Shown piece by piece: positions 10,526-19,744 of a DNA stretch of 64,000 bases; position 1 is the first letter of the stretch, and the number at the start of each line of letters is the position of its first letter. The stretch covers positions 335,486-399,485 of the forward strand of contig JBBARV010000001.1 in NCBI GenBank assembly GCA_040399625.1, given 5' to 3'. The position numbers were made by a program, and so were the translations under genes. The stretch is from Candidatus Nanopelagicales bacterium (GTDB taxonomy: Bacteria > Actinomycetota > Actinomycetes > S36-B12). The notes below the pieces were generated by a model. The model did no database searches. It had not been told where the DNA came from and saw only the letters and a program-made list of their open reading frames with translations.

Positions 10526-11929
10526 GTGAATGAACCAGACCTCGAGCAAAATGTTGACGTAAGTCTTGAACTCGAACAGCGGGCTGGGCTTCGAAAGGTT
10601 TCATCCCTTTCCACTGAACTACAAGACATTACCGAGGTCGAATATCGACAGATCCGGCTCGAGCGGGTAGTTCTTGCAGGAGTATGGACCAGCGGCACCG
10701 TTGAATCGGCGGAGCGCTCACTGCGCGAATTGGCGGCACTAGCGGAAACGGCAGGCTCTGTCGTTGTGGACGGGGTAATCCAACGCAGAGACGCACCTGA
10801 TCCCGCGACCTATCTAGGTTCGGGAAAAGTCAAGGAATTGGCGCTTATCGTTGCAGAGACTGGCGCGGACACTGTTATCTGTGATGGCGAGCTCACGCCC
10901 GGGCAATTGCGGCAGTTGGAAAGCGTTGTCAAAGTGAAAGTTGTTGACCGCACCTGGTTGATCCTCGATATTTTCGCCCAGCATGCACGTAGTCGTGAAG
11001 GTAAGGCCCAAGTCTCACTCGCACAAATGCAGTACTTGCTGCCACGCCTTCGTGGTTGGGGTGAGTCGCTCAGCCGGCAAGCGGGTGGTCACGCAGGCGG
11101 GGCTGGTGGCGGATTAGGTACGCGCGGTCCGGGTGAGACAAAGATTGAAACCGATCGTCGCCGGATCAGGGCCCAAATGACAAAACTGCGCCGTGAACTC
11201 AAGGCACTCGAAGCCACTCGTAGAACCCAGCGCAGCGCCCGGGAAGCATCCGGGATTGCAACCGTTGCATTGGCCGGGTACACAAATGCGGGGAAATCTA
11301 GTGTCCTCAATGCCTTGACCGGAGCAGGAGTGCTCGTGCAAGACGCACTCTTTGCAACATTGGACCCAACGGTCAGAAAAATGAAAGCCCCAGAAGGGAA
11401 GGAGTTCACCCTCGCGGACACTGTAGGTTTCGTGAGACACCTGCCGCACGCCCTTGTTGAGGCCTTTCGAACGACACTCACCGAAGTTCAAGAAGCCAGC
11501 CTGATCGTGCACGTGGTCGATGCTTCAGATGAAGACCCATTCGGTCAGATTTCCGCGGTACGCGAGGTGCTCAATGAAATTGGCGCTGGCGAAATCCCTG
11601 AAATTATTGCCATTAATAAATCTGATATTGCGGACCCAATGGACATCGCTGCAATCCAAGGTTCATTCCCAAATGCGATTGTGATCAGCGCCCACACGGG
11701 TGCTGGCCTGGACGTGTTGCTGCAAAGAATTGACTCCGAATTACCTCAAACACTTGTCGCGATCGATATCACTATTCCTTATAGTCGGGGTGATCTGCTT
11801 GCCCGCATTCATGAAACGGGTGAGCACGTGCGCATTGACCACGTCGAAATGGGGAGTTGCGTTAGTGCCCTAGTGCCTCCAGCCTTGGCAGCCGATATTG
11901 AGCGTCAAGGGTTCCTGCGTGTCGGTTGA
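10526..11929 (+). CDS. hflX: GTPase HflX
   Basis: Gly-rich HflX N-domain (GLGTRGPGETKIETDRR), G1 GYTNAGKSS, G3 DTVGF, NKSD. Confidence 0.93.
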   Translation: MNEPDLEQNVDVSLELEQRAGLRKVSSLSTELQDITEVEYRQIRLERVVLAGVWTSGTVESAERSLRELAALAETAGSVVVDGVIQRRDAPDPATYLGSGKVKELALIVAETGADTVICDGELTPGQLRQLESVVKVKVVDRTWLILDIFAQHARSREGKAQVSLAQMQYLLPRLRGWGESLSRQAGGHAGGAGGGLGTRGPGETKIETDRRRIRAQMTKLRRELKALEATRRTQRSAREASGIATVALAGYTNAGKSSVLNALTGAGVLVQDALFATLDPTVRKMKAPEGKEFTLADTVGFVRHLPHALVEAFRTTLTEVQEASLIVHVVDASDEDPFGQISAVREVLNEIGAGEIPEIIAINKSDIADPMDIAAIQGSFPNAIVISAHTGAGLDVLLQRIDSELPQTLVAIDITIPYSRGDLLARIHETGEHVRIDHVEMGSCVSALVPPALAADIERQGFLRVG

Positions 11930-13889
11930 TATTGACGCACAGGATTTGTTACAGAAAACTGTTGATGCTTTTGAAGGGTCGGAGCGCGTTGGGCAGCAGC
12001 AGATGGTTGCAACCATTGTTGAAGGTCTAGCTGCCGGAGGGCATCGAATAATCCAGGCTGGAACGGGAACCGGGAAATCCCTTGGCTACCTCGTTCCAGC
12101 TGCTGCCCACGCATTGAGCGAAGGCGGAGGTACGGTTGTGGTGTCGACAGCAACGATCGCGCTTCAACGTCAGTTGATGGAAAAAGATTTACCGCTGCTC
12201 GCATCAACGTTAGCGAAGGAATACGGCGTTACGTTGACATACGCGGTTCTCAAAGGTCGGAACAATTACGTTTGTCTGCAAAAACTGCACTCAGAGATCC
12301 CGGATCCCGATGGTGAGGCACTATTTGAAGTGAGTCGGGGTGTTTTAGGCGATCAGGCGGTCGCTGTGCGTGCGTGGGCAACGAGCACCGATACCGGTGA
12401 CAAAGATGACTTCGGTGACGATATTGATCCGCGGGTGTGGCGTGCCTTCTCGGTGAATCGACGTGAATGTGTCGGTGAATCCAAGTGTTCATACGGTGAA
12501 GATTGCTTCACTGCCAAAAGACGACTTCAAGCCCAGTCAGCCCACATTGTCGTGACCAATCACGCATTATTGGCCATTGATGTTGTTGAAGGCATTCCGA
12601 TTTTGCCTGAACACGACATTGTGATTATTGATGAGGGACATGAAATAGTTGATCGGGCAACCGGCGCGATCACCATTGAGCTCAATGCTGCGGGTGTGGA
12701 AAGAGTGATCTCCCGGGTTGGTTCGCAGGTGAGCGATCAAACCATGGATGCTTTGGTCGATTCGCAAAAGGCTTTTGAAGATGCACTGCTGGCATCCTCG
12801 GATCCGACAAGTGGATTAACCCGTCTCCCATTTGTTGATCCGCAACTTCTACTTGCCCTGACTTTGATTCGCGATTCCAGCCATGCTGGTGTGTCCGAGA
12901 TGGCACCTCAAAAAGGTGAGGATCCTGATACCGCAGCGAGGAATCAGCGGGCACGCGGTGGACTTGAAGAGCTCCACGATTTTGCGGGATCCTTTATATC
13001 TCAAGGTAATGACTCCGTTTTGTGGATTGATCATGATGGTCGACCGCCGACACTGCACAGCGCCCCGCTGAGTGTGGCGCACCTTTTGCGTGACAAATTG
13101 TTTGCCGAAAAGTTTGCCGTGGTCACCAGCGCAACTCTGACGACCAGTGGCAACTTCGATGCAATAGCAGCATCACTTGGTTTAGGAGCCGATAAACGCA
13201 CCGAGACAATTGATGTCGGTTCTCCATTTGACTATGCGCAACAGGGAATTTTGTACGTCGCGGCAAATCTGCCACCACCGGGGCGTGAGGGCATTGATAT
13301 GGCGAGTCTTGATGCAATGGGAGAGCTGGTCGAGGCAGCGGGTGGGCGCACTTTAATCCTGTGCTCAAGTTGGCGGGCGGTTGAGAAAGCGGCCGAGTAC
13401 TTGCGGGTGCGCTGTGACAGTCGGTTACACGTGCAACGAAAAGGCGAGTCTGTGTCACTGCTGGTGCAGCGGTTCACCGCTGATATCGAGTCAACGTTGA
13501 TCGGGACGCTCTCGCTATGGCAAGGCGTTGATGTACCGGGTGATTCGTGTATTCAAGTGATTATCGACCGAATTCCATTTCCGCGACCCGATGATCCCGT
13601 GATGTCGGCACGCTCGACACGAGTTGACGAATCCGGAGGCTCAGGATTTCGATCGGTGACCCTGCCACGAGCGGGACTGCTGCTCGCCCAGGCTTCAGGC
13701 AGGCTGATTCGAAGTGGGCAGGACAAGGGGGTTGTCAGTGTCCTAGATTCACGGCTCGCAAACTCTGGTTACGGGATAAGCCTGCGAAAAAGCATGCCCC
13801 CGATGTGGTTCACAACCGATGCGACCATAGCGATTAGTGCACTGGAAAGATTGCGCCGCGAATCAGATGAGCGGGTTGCGAGCAAATAG
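11898..13889 (+). CDS. DinG/Rad3-family ATP-dependent DNA helicase
   Basis: Walker A GTGTGKSLGYL, DEGH box (IIDEGHEI), Cys cluster consistent with an Fe-S domain, C-terminal helicase motifs. Start is uncertain (TTG 11898 or GTG 11919); both overlap the hflX 3' end. Confidence 0.85.
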   Translation: MSVKGSCVSVDIDAQDLLQKTVDAFEGSERVGQQQMVATIVEGLAAGGHRIIQAGTGTGKSLGYLVPAAAHALSEGGGTVVVSTATIALQRQLMEKDLPLLASTLAKEYGVTLTYAVLKGRNNYVCLQKLHSEIPDPDGEALFEVSRGVLGDQAVAVRAWATSTDTGDKDDFGDDIDPRVWRAFSVNRRECVGESKCSYGEDCFTAKRRLQAQSAHIVVTNHALLAIDVVEGIPILPEHDIVIIDEGHEIVDRATGAITIELNAAGVERVISRVGSQVSDQTMDALVDSQKAFEDALLASSDPTSGLTRLPFVDPQLLLALTLIRDSSHAGVSEMAPQKGEDPDTAARNQRARGGLEELHDFAGSFISQGNDSVLWIDHDGRPPTLHSAPLSVAHLLRDKLFAEKFAVVTSATLTTSGNFDAIAASLGLGADKRTETIDVGSPFDYAQQGILYVAANLPPPGREGIDMASLDAMGELVEAAGGRTLILCSSWRAVEKAAEYLRVRCDSRLHVQRKGESVSLLVQRFTADIESTLIGTLSLWQGVDVPGDSCIQVIIDRIPFPRPDDPVMSARSTRVDESGGSGFRSVTLPRAGLLLAQASGRLIRSGQDKGVVSVLDSRLANSGYGISLRKSMPPMWFTTDATIAISALERLRRESDERVASK

Positions 13890-13903
13890 TGTGGGACAAC
13901 CCA

Positions 13904-14626
13904 TCAAAGTTTGCGCAGTACTGAAACGACTTTGCCCAGAATTTGTGCGTTATCACCCAAGATGGGTGAATACGCTGGATTGTGCGGCATCAGCCACACG
14001 TGGCCATCACGCCTCTTGAAGGTTTTGACCGTAGCTTCATCGTCAATTAAGGCGGCAACAATGTCGCCGTTTTCGCAGTTTGACTGCTGCCGGATGACAA
14101 CCCAGTCGCCATCGCAGATTGCCGCGTCCACCATAGAGTCACCAACCACCTTGAGGCTGAAAAGATCTCCCTCACCAACAATGTCGCGGGGGAGTGGAAA
14201 AATCGCCTCAACGGATTGCTCGGCCAGAATTGGGCCACCGGCAGCAATGCGACCAAGTACCGGGACGTTTTGCATTGAGGTATTCGAATCGGTGTGATCC
14301 GATAGAGCGTGATCAGCTGTTTCTGGCGAGAGAACTAGCGCCCTGGGTCGATTGGGGTCAATCCGCAGGTAGCCGGCTTTCTGCAAGTTCTTTAATTGAT
14401 GGGCCACCGAACTCGGGCTGGTCAGACCGACCGACTCACCAATCTCACGGACACTGGGTGGATAACCGCGTTCCAAGGTCGTTTCACGAATCATGTCCAA
14501 GATTGCCCTTTGTCGGGAGGACAGCTCCGTGCGGGATGGGTCGTGTAGCTGGGTCACGACCGAATCTACGAGCTCCTGGCGCGCGGGGGCGACTGAGTCT
14601 GTTGGTTTTTGGATCCGGCCAGCCAT
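13904..14626 (-). CDS. lexA: SOS repressor LexA
   Basis: Winged-helix region ([29 protein letters not shown]), cleavage site and S24 peptidase domain ([24 protein letters not shown]). Confidence 0.95.
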   Translation of the reverse strand: MAGRIQKPTDSVAPARQELVDSVVTQLHDPSRTELSSRQRAILDMIRETTLERGYPPSVREIGESVGLTSPSSVAHQLKNLQKAGYLRIDPNRPRALVLSPETADHALSDHTDSNTSMQNVPVLGRIAAGGPILAEQSVEAIFPLPRDIVGEGDLFSLKVVGDSMVDAAICDGDWVVIRQQSNCENGDIVAALIDDEATVKTFKRRDGHVWLMPHNPAYSPILGDNAQILGKVVSVLRKL

Positions 14627-14781
14627 GGTGACTCCTTGTCAACGTGAAGTTCGTTTGCTCACCAGCGGATAACGACGGGAATGTCAGACCCATCTGGTGC
14701 AGTCAGGTTAGCCCAGAGAGCGACACGAATCAAACACATGTTCGAAATGTAGTGGACGTGTCGCGATCCTAGTGCTATAAA

Positions 14782-14797
14782 TCGTACATTAGTTCGA
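14782..14797. promoter_or_regulatory. LexA operator shared by divergent lexA and LysM gene
   Basis: TCGTACattaGTTCGA has one mismatch to TCGAAC-N4-GTTCGA. It ends 20 nt upstream of the LysM ATG and starts 155 nt upstream of the lexA start. Confidence 0.7.
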
Positions 14798-14817
14798 ACA
14801 AACGAAAGGCTTCCCCC

Positions 14818-15168
14818 ATGAACACAGCTGCTAACACCGCACATAGCTCCTTCCAGGTCGCACCACGAAACAAAGCCTCGATTGTGCTTACGGCCCGAGG
14901 TCGGGTCGTGCTGGGGCTGACGTTAACGCTACTAGCCCTCTTCGTTTGGGTACTTTTTGGTAGCGGGTCTGCGGATGCCGCAGGGAGCTCACAAGGGTCT
15001 GCCACCAGCATTGTGGTTGTGCAACCGGGTGAAAATTTGTGGTCAATTGCCCAAGGCATAAGCCCTGAGGGGGATCCACGTGATTTAGTGATTCGGATTC
15101 GCGACTTGAATTCCTTGGGATCACAGCATGTTTTTCCGGGACAATCATTAATCGTCCCGATTTCTTGA
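14818..15168 (+). CDS. LysM-domain membrane protein divergent from lexA
   Basis: One TM helix then a LysM motif (VVVQPGENLWSIAQ...GQSLIVP). Same position and orientation as the SOS-induced LysM gene next to lexA in mycobacteria. Confidence 0.8.
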   Translation: MNTAANTAHSSFQVAPRNKASIVLTARGRVVLGLTLTLLALFVWVLFGSGSADAAGSSQGSATSIVVVQPGENLWSIAQGISPEGDPRDLVIRIRDLNSLGSQHVFPGQSLIVPIS

Positions 15169-15536
15169 CACGTGGTTAAATCGTACGAGGGCCCAGACCC
15201 GGCTTTGTGGACATTAGGCGCTGGAATCACAAGCGAAATCCACCCTTCACGGGTGGCAGATTGACCTCGGAACAAATCACCTGTTCCATAACAACTCGCC
15301 GAGCGGAACAGGTTGCATTCCCTGCCAGGATCCATTACATTCGGATCCCTAGATGTAGTAGTTACGCCGGGGTGTTTGTCCACAGGTGGTGGTTTAAGCA
15401 CACAGGTTGTTCGTAGTCCATCCACAAGTACTCCCCAGGATGGGGATTCCGGTGTTACTAGTGTTGCGCAAGGGTTTCATGTTCCAGATGTTGTCAGAGT
15501 TGCTGGTCATTAGATTTGACGAAGGGGGTCCAATAC

Positions 15537-16028
15537 GTGAAATGCCCATTTTGCCGGGAAGAAGACTCCCGGGTCGTTGACTCAAGGACGGTCGATGAAG
15601 GCTTGGCCATTCGCCGGCGCCGTGAATGTGGACAATGTGGAAAAAGGTTCACCACCTCCGAAGTAGCCGTCTTGGCCGTTGTTAAGCGAAGTGGCGTTGT
15701 CGAGCCATTCAATCGAAGCAAGGTAGTGAGTGGTGTTCGCAAAGCCTGTCAAGGAAGGCCCGTCTCCGATGATGATCTCGCACTTCTTTCACAACGCGTC
15801 GAAGATTTTCTTCGGGCCACCGGAAATAGTGAAATCCCTGCCCAGGAAGTGGGACTCGCAATTCTTGCTCCACTTCGTGAACTCGACGAGGTTGCCTACC
15901 TTCGGTTCGCTTCCGTTTATCGATCCTTCGACACTCTTGAAGACTTTGAAGCCGAAATTGCCCTCCTTAGAGCAGAGGGCGAACCCACCGGACGAGAACC
16001 TGATCGATCAACGCACACAAATAGCTGA
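15537..16028 (+). CDS. nrdR: Transcriptional repressor NrdR
   Basis: Zn ribbon CPFC...[10 protein letters not shown] followed by an ATP-cone. GTG 15537 follows GAAGGGGG at 15521-15528. Confidence 0.93.
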   Translation: MKCPFCREEDSRVVDSRTVDEGLAIRRRRECGQCGKRFTTSEVAVLAVVKRSGVVEPFNRSKVVSGVRKACQGRPVSDDDLALLSQRVEDFLRATGNSEIPAQEVGLAILAPLRELDEVAYLRFASVYRSFDTLEDFEAEIALLRAEGEPTGREPDRSTHTNS

Positions 16029-16089
16029 TCACCGGACACAAGTTAATAACACAACAACAGAAACTTCCCATAAGACGAAGGGCATCACA

Positions 16090-18894
16090 ATGACGCAGGC
16101 ACCAGAAGCACCCGTATTCACATCAAAAGAGGATTTCGTCAATAACACACATGGCGCGCCAGGGCTCGAAATGGTCCGCCTTTTCACCACCGAGGGCATT
16201 CACCCTTATGACGACGTTGCTTGGGAACGACGCGATGTTGTCCAAAACAATTGGAAAACGGGCGAAATAGTCTTCGAGCAGCGAGGTGTTGAATATCCTG
16301 ATTTCTGGAGTGTAAATGCGTCGACAATTGTTACCACGAAGTATTTCCGCGGAGCAGTTGGTGCTGATAACCGAGAATGGAGTCTCAAACAACTCATTGA
16401 TCGAATCGTTCTGACCTACACGAAGGCTGGGCGCGACAATGGTTACTTCCGCACCGACAAGGATTCCGAAATCTTTGAACACGAACTCACCCACATGCTT
16501 CTGCACCAGGTGTTTTCCTTCAACTCACCTGTTTGGTTCAACGTGGGAACGACAGCACCTCAGCAGGTCAGCGCCTGCTTCATCTTGAGCGTTGATGACA
16601 CCATGGATTCGATCCTCAACTGGTACCGCGAAGAAGGCATGATCTTTAAGGGTGGCTCGGGCGCTGGTCTGAACCTTTCCCGTATTCGTTCGAGCAAGGA
16701 AATATTGCGGTCATCCGGTGGAACAGCATCAGGTCCGGTCTCGTTCATGCGCGGCGCCGACGCATCTGCTGGAACCATTAAGTCCGGTGGAGCTACTCGT
16801 CGCGCTGCCAAGATGGTCGTTCTTGACGTCGATCACCCTGACATTGAAGAGTTCATCGAGACCAAGGTGCGTGAAGAGGACAAGATCCGGGTTCTCCGTG
16901 ACGCCGGTTATGACATGGATTTGGGCGGTGCTGATATCGCCAGTGTCCAGTACCAAAATGCGAACAACTCAGTTCGCGTTTCCGATCTGTTCATGTCGGC
17001 TGTTGAAAACGGCGAGCCATTCGGTTTAACCGCCCGCACAGATGGTCGGGTCGTTGAGACAGTCGACGCACGAGAGCTGTTCCGCAAAATGACTGAAGCG
17101 GCTTGGGCCTGTGCTGATCCCGGTATTCAGTACGACGACACAATTAATGACTGGCACACCAACCCAGAGACAGGCCGGATCAACGCGTCTAATCCTTGCT
17201 CGGAATACATGAGCCTTGACAACTCATCCTGCAACTTGGCCAGCTTGAACCTGCTCAAGTTCCTCAAAGATGACGATACATTTGATGCGGATAAGTTTTC
17301 CAAGGCTGTTGAGTACGTCATTACCGCGATGGATATCTCAATCTGTTTCGCAGACTTCCCAACAGCGCCCATCGGTGACACCACTCGACGTTTCCGTCAG
17401 TTGGGTGTTGGTTACGCGAACCTTGGTGCGCTGCTCATGGCGACAAGCTTGCCGTATGACTCTGAAGCAGGGCGCGCCTTCGCTGCCGGCATCACTTCCC
17501 TGATGACAGGAACCGCCTACAAGCGAAGTGCAGAACTCGCTGGAATAGTGGGTCCTTACGAGGGCTATGCACGCAACGAATACGCCCACAAGCGGGTAAT
17601 GCGTAAGCACGCGGCAAGCAATGACAATATCCGTTTCGCCAGCAGCCTTGATGGTGACGTAAGCACACTGGCAGTCAAGGTCTGGGAAGAAGCGCTCACT
17701 CTGGGTGAGGCCAATGGTTACCGAAATGCTCAATCCTCAGTGTTGGCACCAACAGGCACCATCGGATTCATGATGGACTGCGATACCACCGGAATCGAGC
17801 CTGACTTCTCCTTGGTCAAGTTCAAGAAGCTCGTCGGTGGCGGTTCCATGCAGATCGTGAACCAGACGATTCCGCGCGCGCTTCGCAAACTTGGTTACAC
17901 CGAGGAAACCGTGGAAGCGATTGTTGAATTTATCGGCGAAAACGGTCATGTCATTGATGCTCCCGGCCTCAAGCAGGAGCATTATGCGATCTTTGACACC
18001 GCCATGGGTGCGCGTTCCATCACACCGATGGGACACGTCCGCATGATGGCAGCAGTGCAACCGTTCATCTCCGGTGCAATCAGCAAGACGGTAAACATGC
18101 CCGCTGACGCAACGGTTGACGAGGTCGAAGAGGTCTATTTCCAGGGATGGAAAATGGGGATCAAGGCTCTTGCTATCTACCGTGATAACTGCAAAGTCGG
18201 CCAACCACTCAGTGATGCCAAGGCGAAGACGTCCGACTCGGCCAATACCTCGACTTCCGACAGCGAGCACCCCGTTCGCCGCCGCCTGCCCAAGTCACGT
18301 CCCAGCCAAACAACTTCGTTCTCGGTTGCCGGTGCTGAGGGCTACATGACAGCGGGGAGTTATGAAAATGGTGAACTCGGTGAGGTGTTCCTCAAGCTCG
18401 GTAAGCAAGGTTCAACCCTCGCTGGGGTAATGGATGCCTTCTCAATCGCGATCAGCATCGCATTGCAATACGGCGTACCCCTTGACGCATTCGTTAACAA
18501 GTTCGTCAACATGCGATTCGAGCCCGCAGGTATGACCGACGATCCTGACATCAGGATCGCCCAGTCAATGATGGATTACATCTTCCGTCGCCTAGCACTT
18601 GATCACTTGACCTACGAGCAGCGTGAGGCTCTGGGGATCTTTAGTGCAGAGGAGCGCACAGCGGCGGTGCAAACCAACTATGCACCAGCACCAGAGGCAA
18701 ACTTAGCGGTCACTGAAACACCGGTTGATCAGATGCAGGTGCCGACACAAGTTCACTCAAGTGCGGAATTGATGGAAGCGATCACCGGAACAGCATCTGA
18801 TGCACCGCTGTGCATGACGTGCGGTATCAAGATGCGTCCTGCCGGAAGCTGCTACGTGTGCGAGGGCTGTGGGAATACCTCAGGTTGCAGCTAA
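16090..18894 (+). CDS. nrdJ: Class II (adenosylcobalamin-dependent) ribonucleotide reductase
   Basis: About 934 aa. RNR active-site region (NPCSEY, SCNLASLNL) and C-terminal CxxC...CxxC tail. ATG 16090 lies after the nrdR stop; the ORF-track start at 15730 overlaps nrdR in another frame. Confidence 0.92.
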   Translation: MTQAPEAPVFTSKEDFVNNTHGAPGLEMVRLFTTEGIHPYDDVAWERRDVVQNNWKTGEIVFEQRGVEYPDFWSVNASTIVTTKYFRGAVGADNREWSLKQLIDRIVLTYTKAGRDNGYFRTDKDSEIFEHELTHMLLHQVFSFNSPVWFNVGTTAPQQVSACFILSVDDTMDSILNWYREEGMIFKGGSGAGLNLSRIRSSKEILRSSGGTASGPVSFMRGADASAGTIKSGGATRRAAKMVVLDVDHPDIEEFIETKVREEDKIRVLRDAGYDMDLGGADIASVQYQNANNSVRVSDLFMSAVENGEPFGLTARTDGRVVETVDARELFRKMTEAAWACADPGIQYDDTINDWHTNPETGRINASNPCSEYMSLDNSSCNLASLNLLKFLKDDDTFDADKFSKAVEYVITAMDISICFADFPTAPIGDTTRRFRQLGVGYANLGALLMATSLPYDSEAGRAFAAGITSLMTGTAYKRSAELAGIVGPYEGYARNEYAHKRVMRKHAASNDNIRFASSLDGDVSTLAVKVWEEALTLGEANGYRNAQSSVLAPTGTIGFMMDCDTTGIEPDFSLVKFKKLVGGGSMQIVNQTIPRALRKLGYTEETVEAIVEFIGENGHVIDAPGLKQEHYAIFDTAMGARSITPMGHVRMMAAVQPFISGAISKTVNMPADATVDEVEEVYFQGWKMGIKALAIYRDNCKVGQPLSDAKAKTSDSANTSTSDSEHPVRRRLPKSRPSQTTSFSVAGAEGYMTAGSYENGELGEVFLKLGKQGSTLAGVMDAFSIAISIALQYGVPLDAFVNKFVNMRFEPAGMTDDPDIRIAQSMMDYIFRRLALDHLTYEQREALGIFSAEERTAAVQTNYAPAPEANLAVTETPVDQMQVPTQVHSSAELMEAITGTASDAPLCMTCGIKMRPAGSCYVCEGCGNTSGCS

Positions 18895-18912
18895 TTATAA
18901 ATTAAAACTAAT

Positions 18913-18952
18913 GTGCCCCGTTTTCGTCTGGTTCCGGACTAAAATGGGGCAC
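18913..18952. terminator. Bidirectional hairpin between convergent nrdJ and the peptidase gene
   Basis: GTGCCCCGTTTT...AAAATGGGGCAC forms a 12-bp stem with one G-U pair. T/A runs on both sides suit termination in either direction. Confidence 0.6.
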
Positions 18953-18967
18953 GCTGGTTTTACGGGG

Positions 18968-19744
18968 TCAGCCTCTAGGCGCCGATGGATATCCCGTATC
19001 GAAGTGCATGTAATCCGCAACCTTGATGTTCTGCCATACCCAGCCCCGGTCGATGAATTGTTGAATTACGGGGGATCCGCGCCTAATCACGCCGGTACCT
19101 TCGGCGAGGGATCCTTTGAACTCCTTGGATGGCATCCAGCAATCGCAGCGAGGATCTTTCCAAGGATTCTGTACTGGGTTGACATCGATCGATCGGCCGT
19201 TAGCGTGGGGTGAGAGCGTGACGGGTGCGTTAATTTGCCCGGGCTGCCGGCAGTTGAATGCCGAGGTGTTGTTCGCGGCGAGGATGGCTTGAAGATCTCC
19301 TCCAAATTTCTCAGCGGGCTGCATTCGGGCAATGGGGAATTTGGTTTGGTACATCCACGTAAAGATCTCAGCAAGATCCTTTGCACTGTCTCGGTGCGCA
19401 ACGAGTACGCCTTGCTGCGCACGGCCATCAAAATCGAAATATGAGACTTCGAGCCGACGCAATTCTTTTCGTCCTACGGGGCAACCAGGTCGCCATGTAC
19501 CAGTGCGAACTATGCGTTTCCATTGCTCACGAGGAACTTTGCGAACGACAACGATCGGGTCGATTTGCGTTGGCATGCTTCGAGGTACTTCCGAGGCGGG
19601 TGCGGGTATGACGCTTGTGGATGTAGCTGGGGCAACGGAGGTATCAATGGATTGACCCTGTGTGCAGGCGACCGTGCCAACGGATGTCAGCATCACGAGA
19701 CCAACAACTGCCACGAAGAAGCGCGGGTTTCGCAAGGTGGTCAT
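18968..19744 (-). CDS. M15-family (VanY/LAS-type) zinc peptidase, lipoprotein
   Basis: Signal peptide with a lipobox-like VAC. SPHANGRSID matches the SxHxxGxAxD motif and a C-terminal DYMHFD is present. Confidence 0.72.
   Translation of the reverse strand: MTTLRNPRFFVAVVGLVMLTSVGTVACTQGQSIDTSVAPATSTSVIPAPASEVPRSMPTQIDPIVVVRKVPREQWKRIVRTGTWRPGCPVGRKELRRLEVSYFDFDGRAQQGVLVAHRDSAKDLAEIFTWMYQTKFPIARMQPAEKFGGDLQAILAANNTSAFNCRQPGQINAPVTLSPHANGRSIDVNPVQNPWKDPRCDCWMPSKEFKGSLAEGTGVIRRGSPVIQQFIDRGWVWQNIKVADYMHFDTGYPSAPRG

Noticed and set aside
13732-13754. Second TTGTCAGTG (RecA-NDp-like upstream element) near the 3' end of the helicase gene
   Set aside because: The position 8 nt downstream reads TCACGG, not TAnnnT. 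No gene lies downstream in this orientation, because lexA converges on it.
15200-15300. Possible cobalamin riboswitch upstream of nrdR-nrdJ (GGAATCACAAGCGAAATCCAC resembles the GGGAA..GGTGAAAATCC segment)
   Set aside because: I found no B12 box (GCCACTG-like) and none of the other conserved stems. B12 riboswitches normally repress B12-independent RNRs, not nrdJ.
14775-15425. 216-aa minus-strand ORF spanning the LysM gene and part of the nrdR upstream region
   Set aside because: It is antisense to a well-supported LysM ORF. Its composition is not protein-like and no motif was recognised, so it is most likely a shadow ORF.
15730-16089. ORF-track N-terminal extension of nrdJ overlapping nrdR
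   Set aside because: The extension runs in a different frame through the well-supported nrdR gene. The RNR homology begins after ATG 16090.
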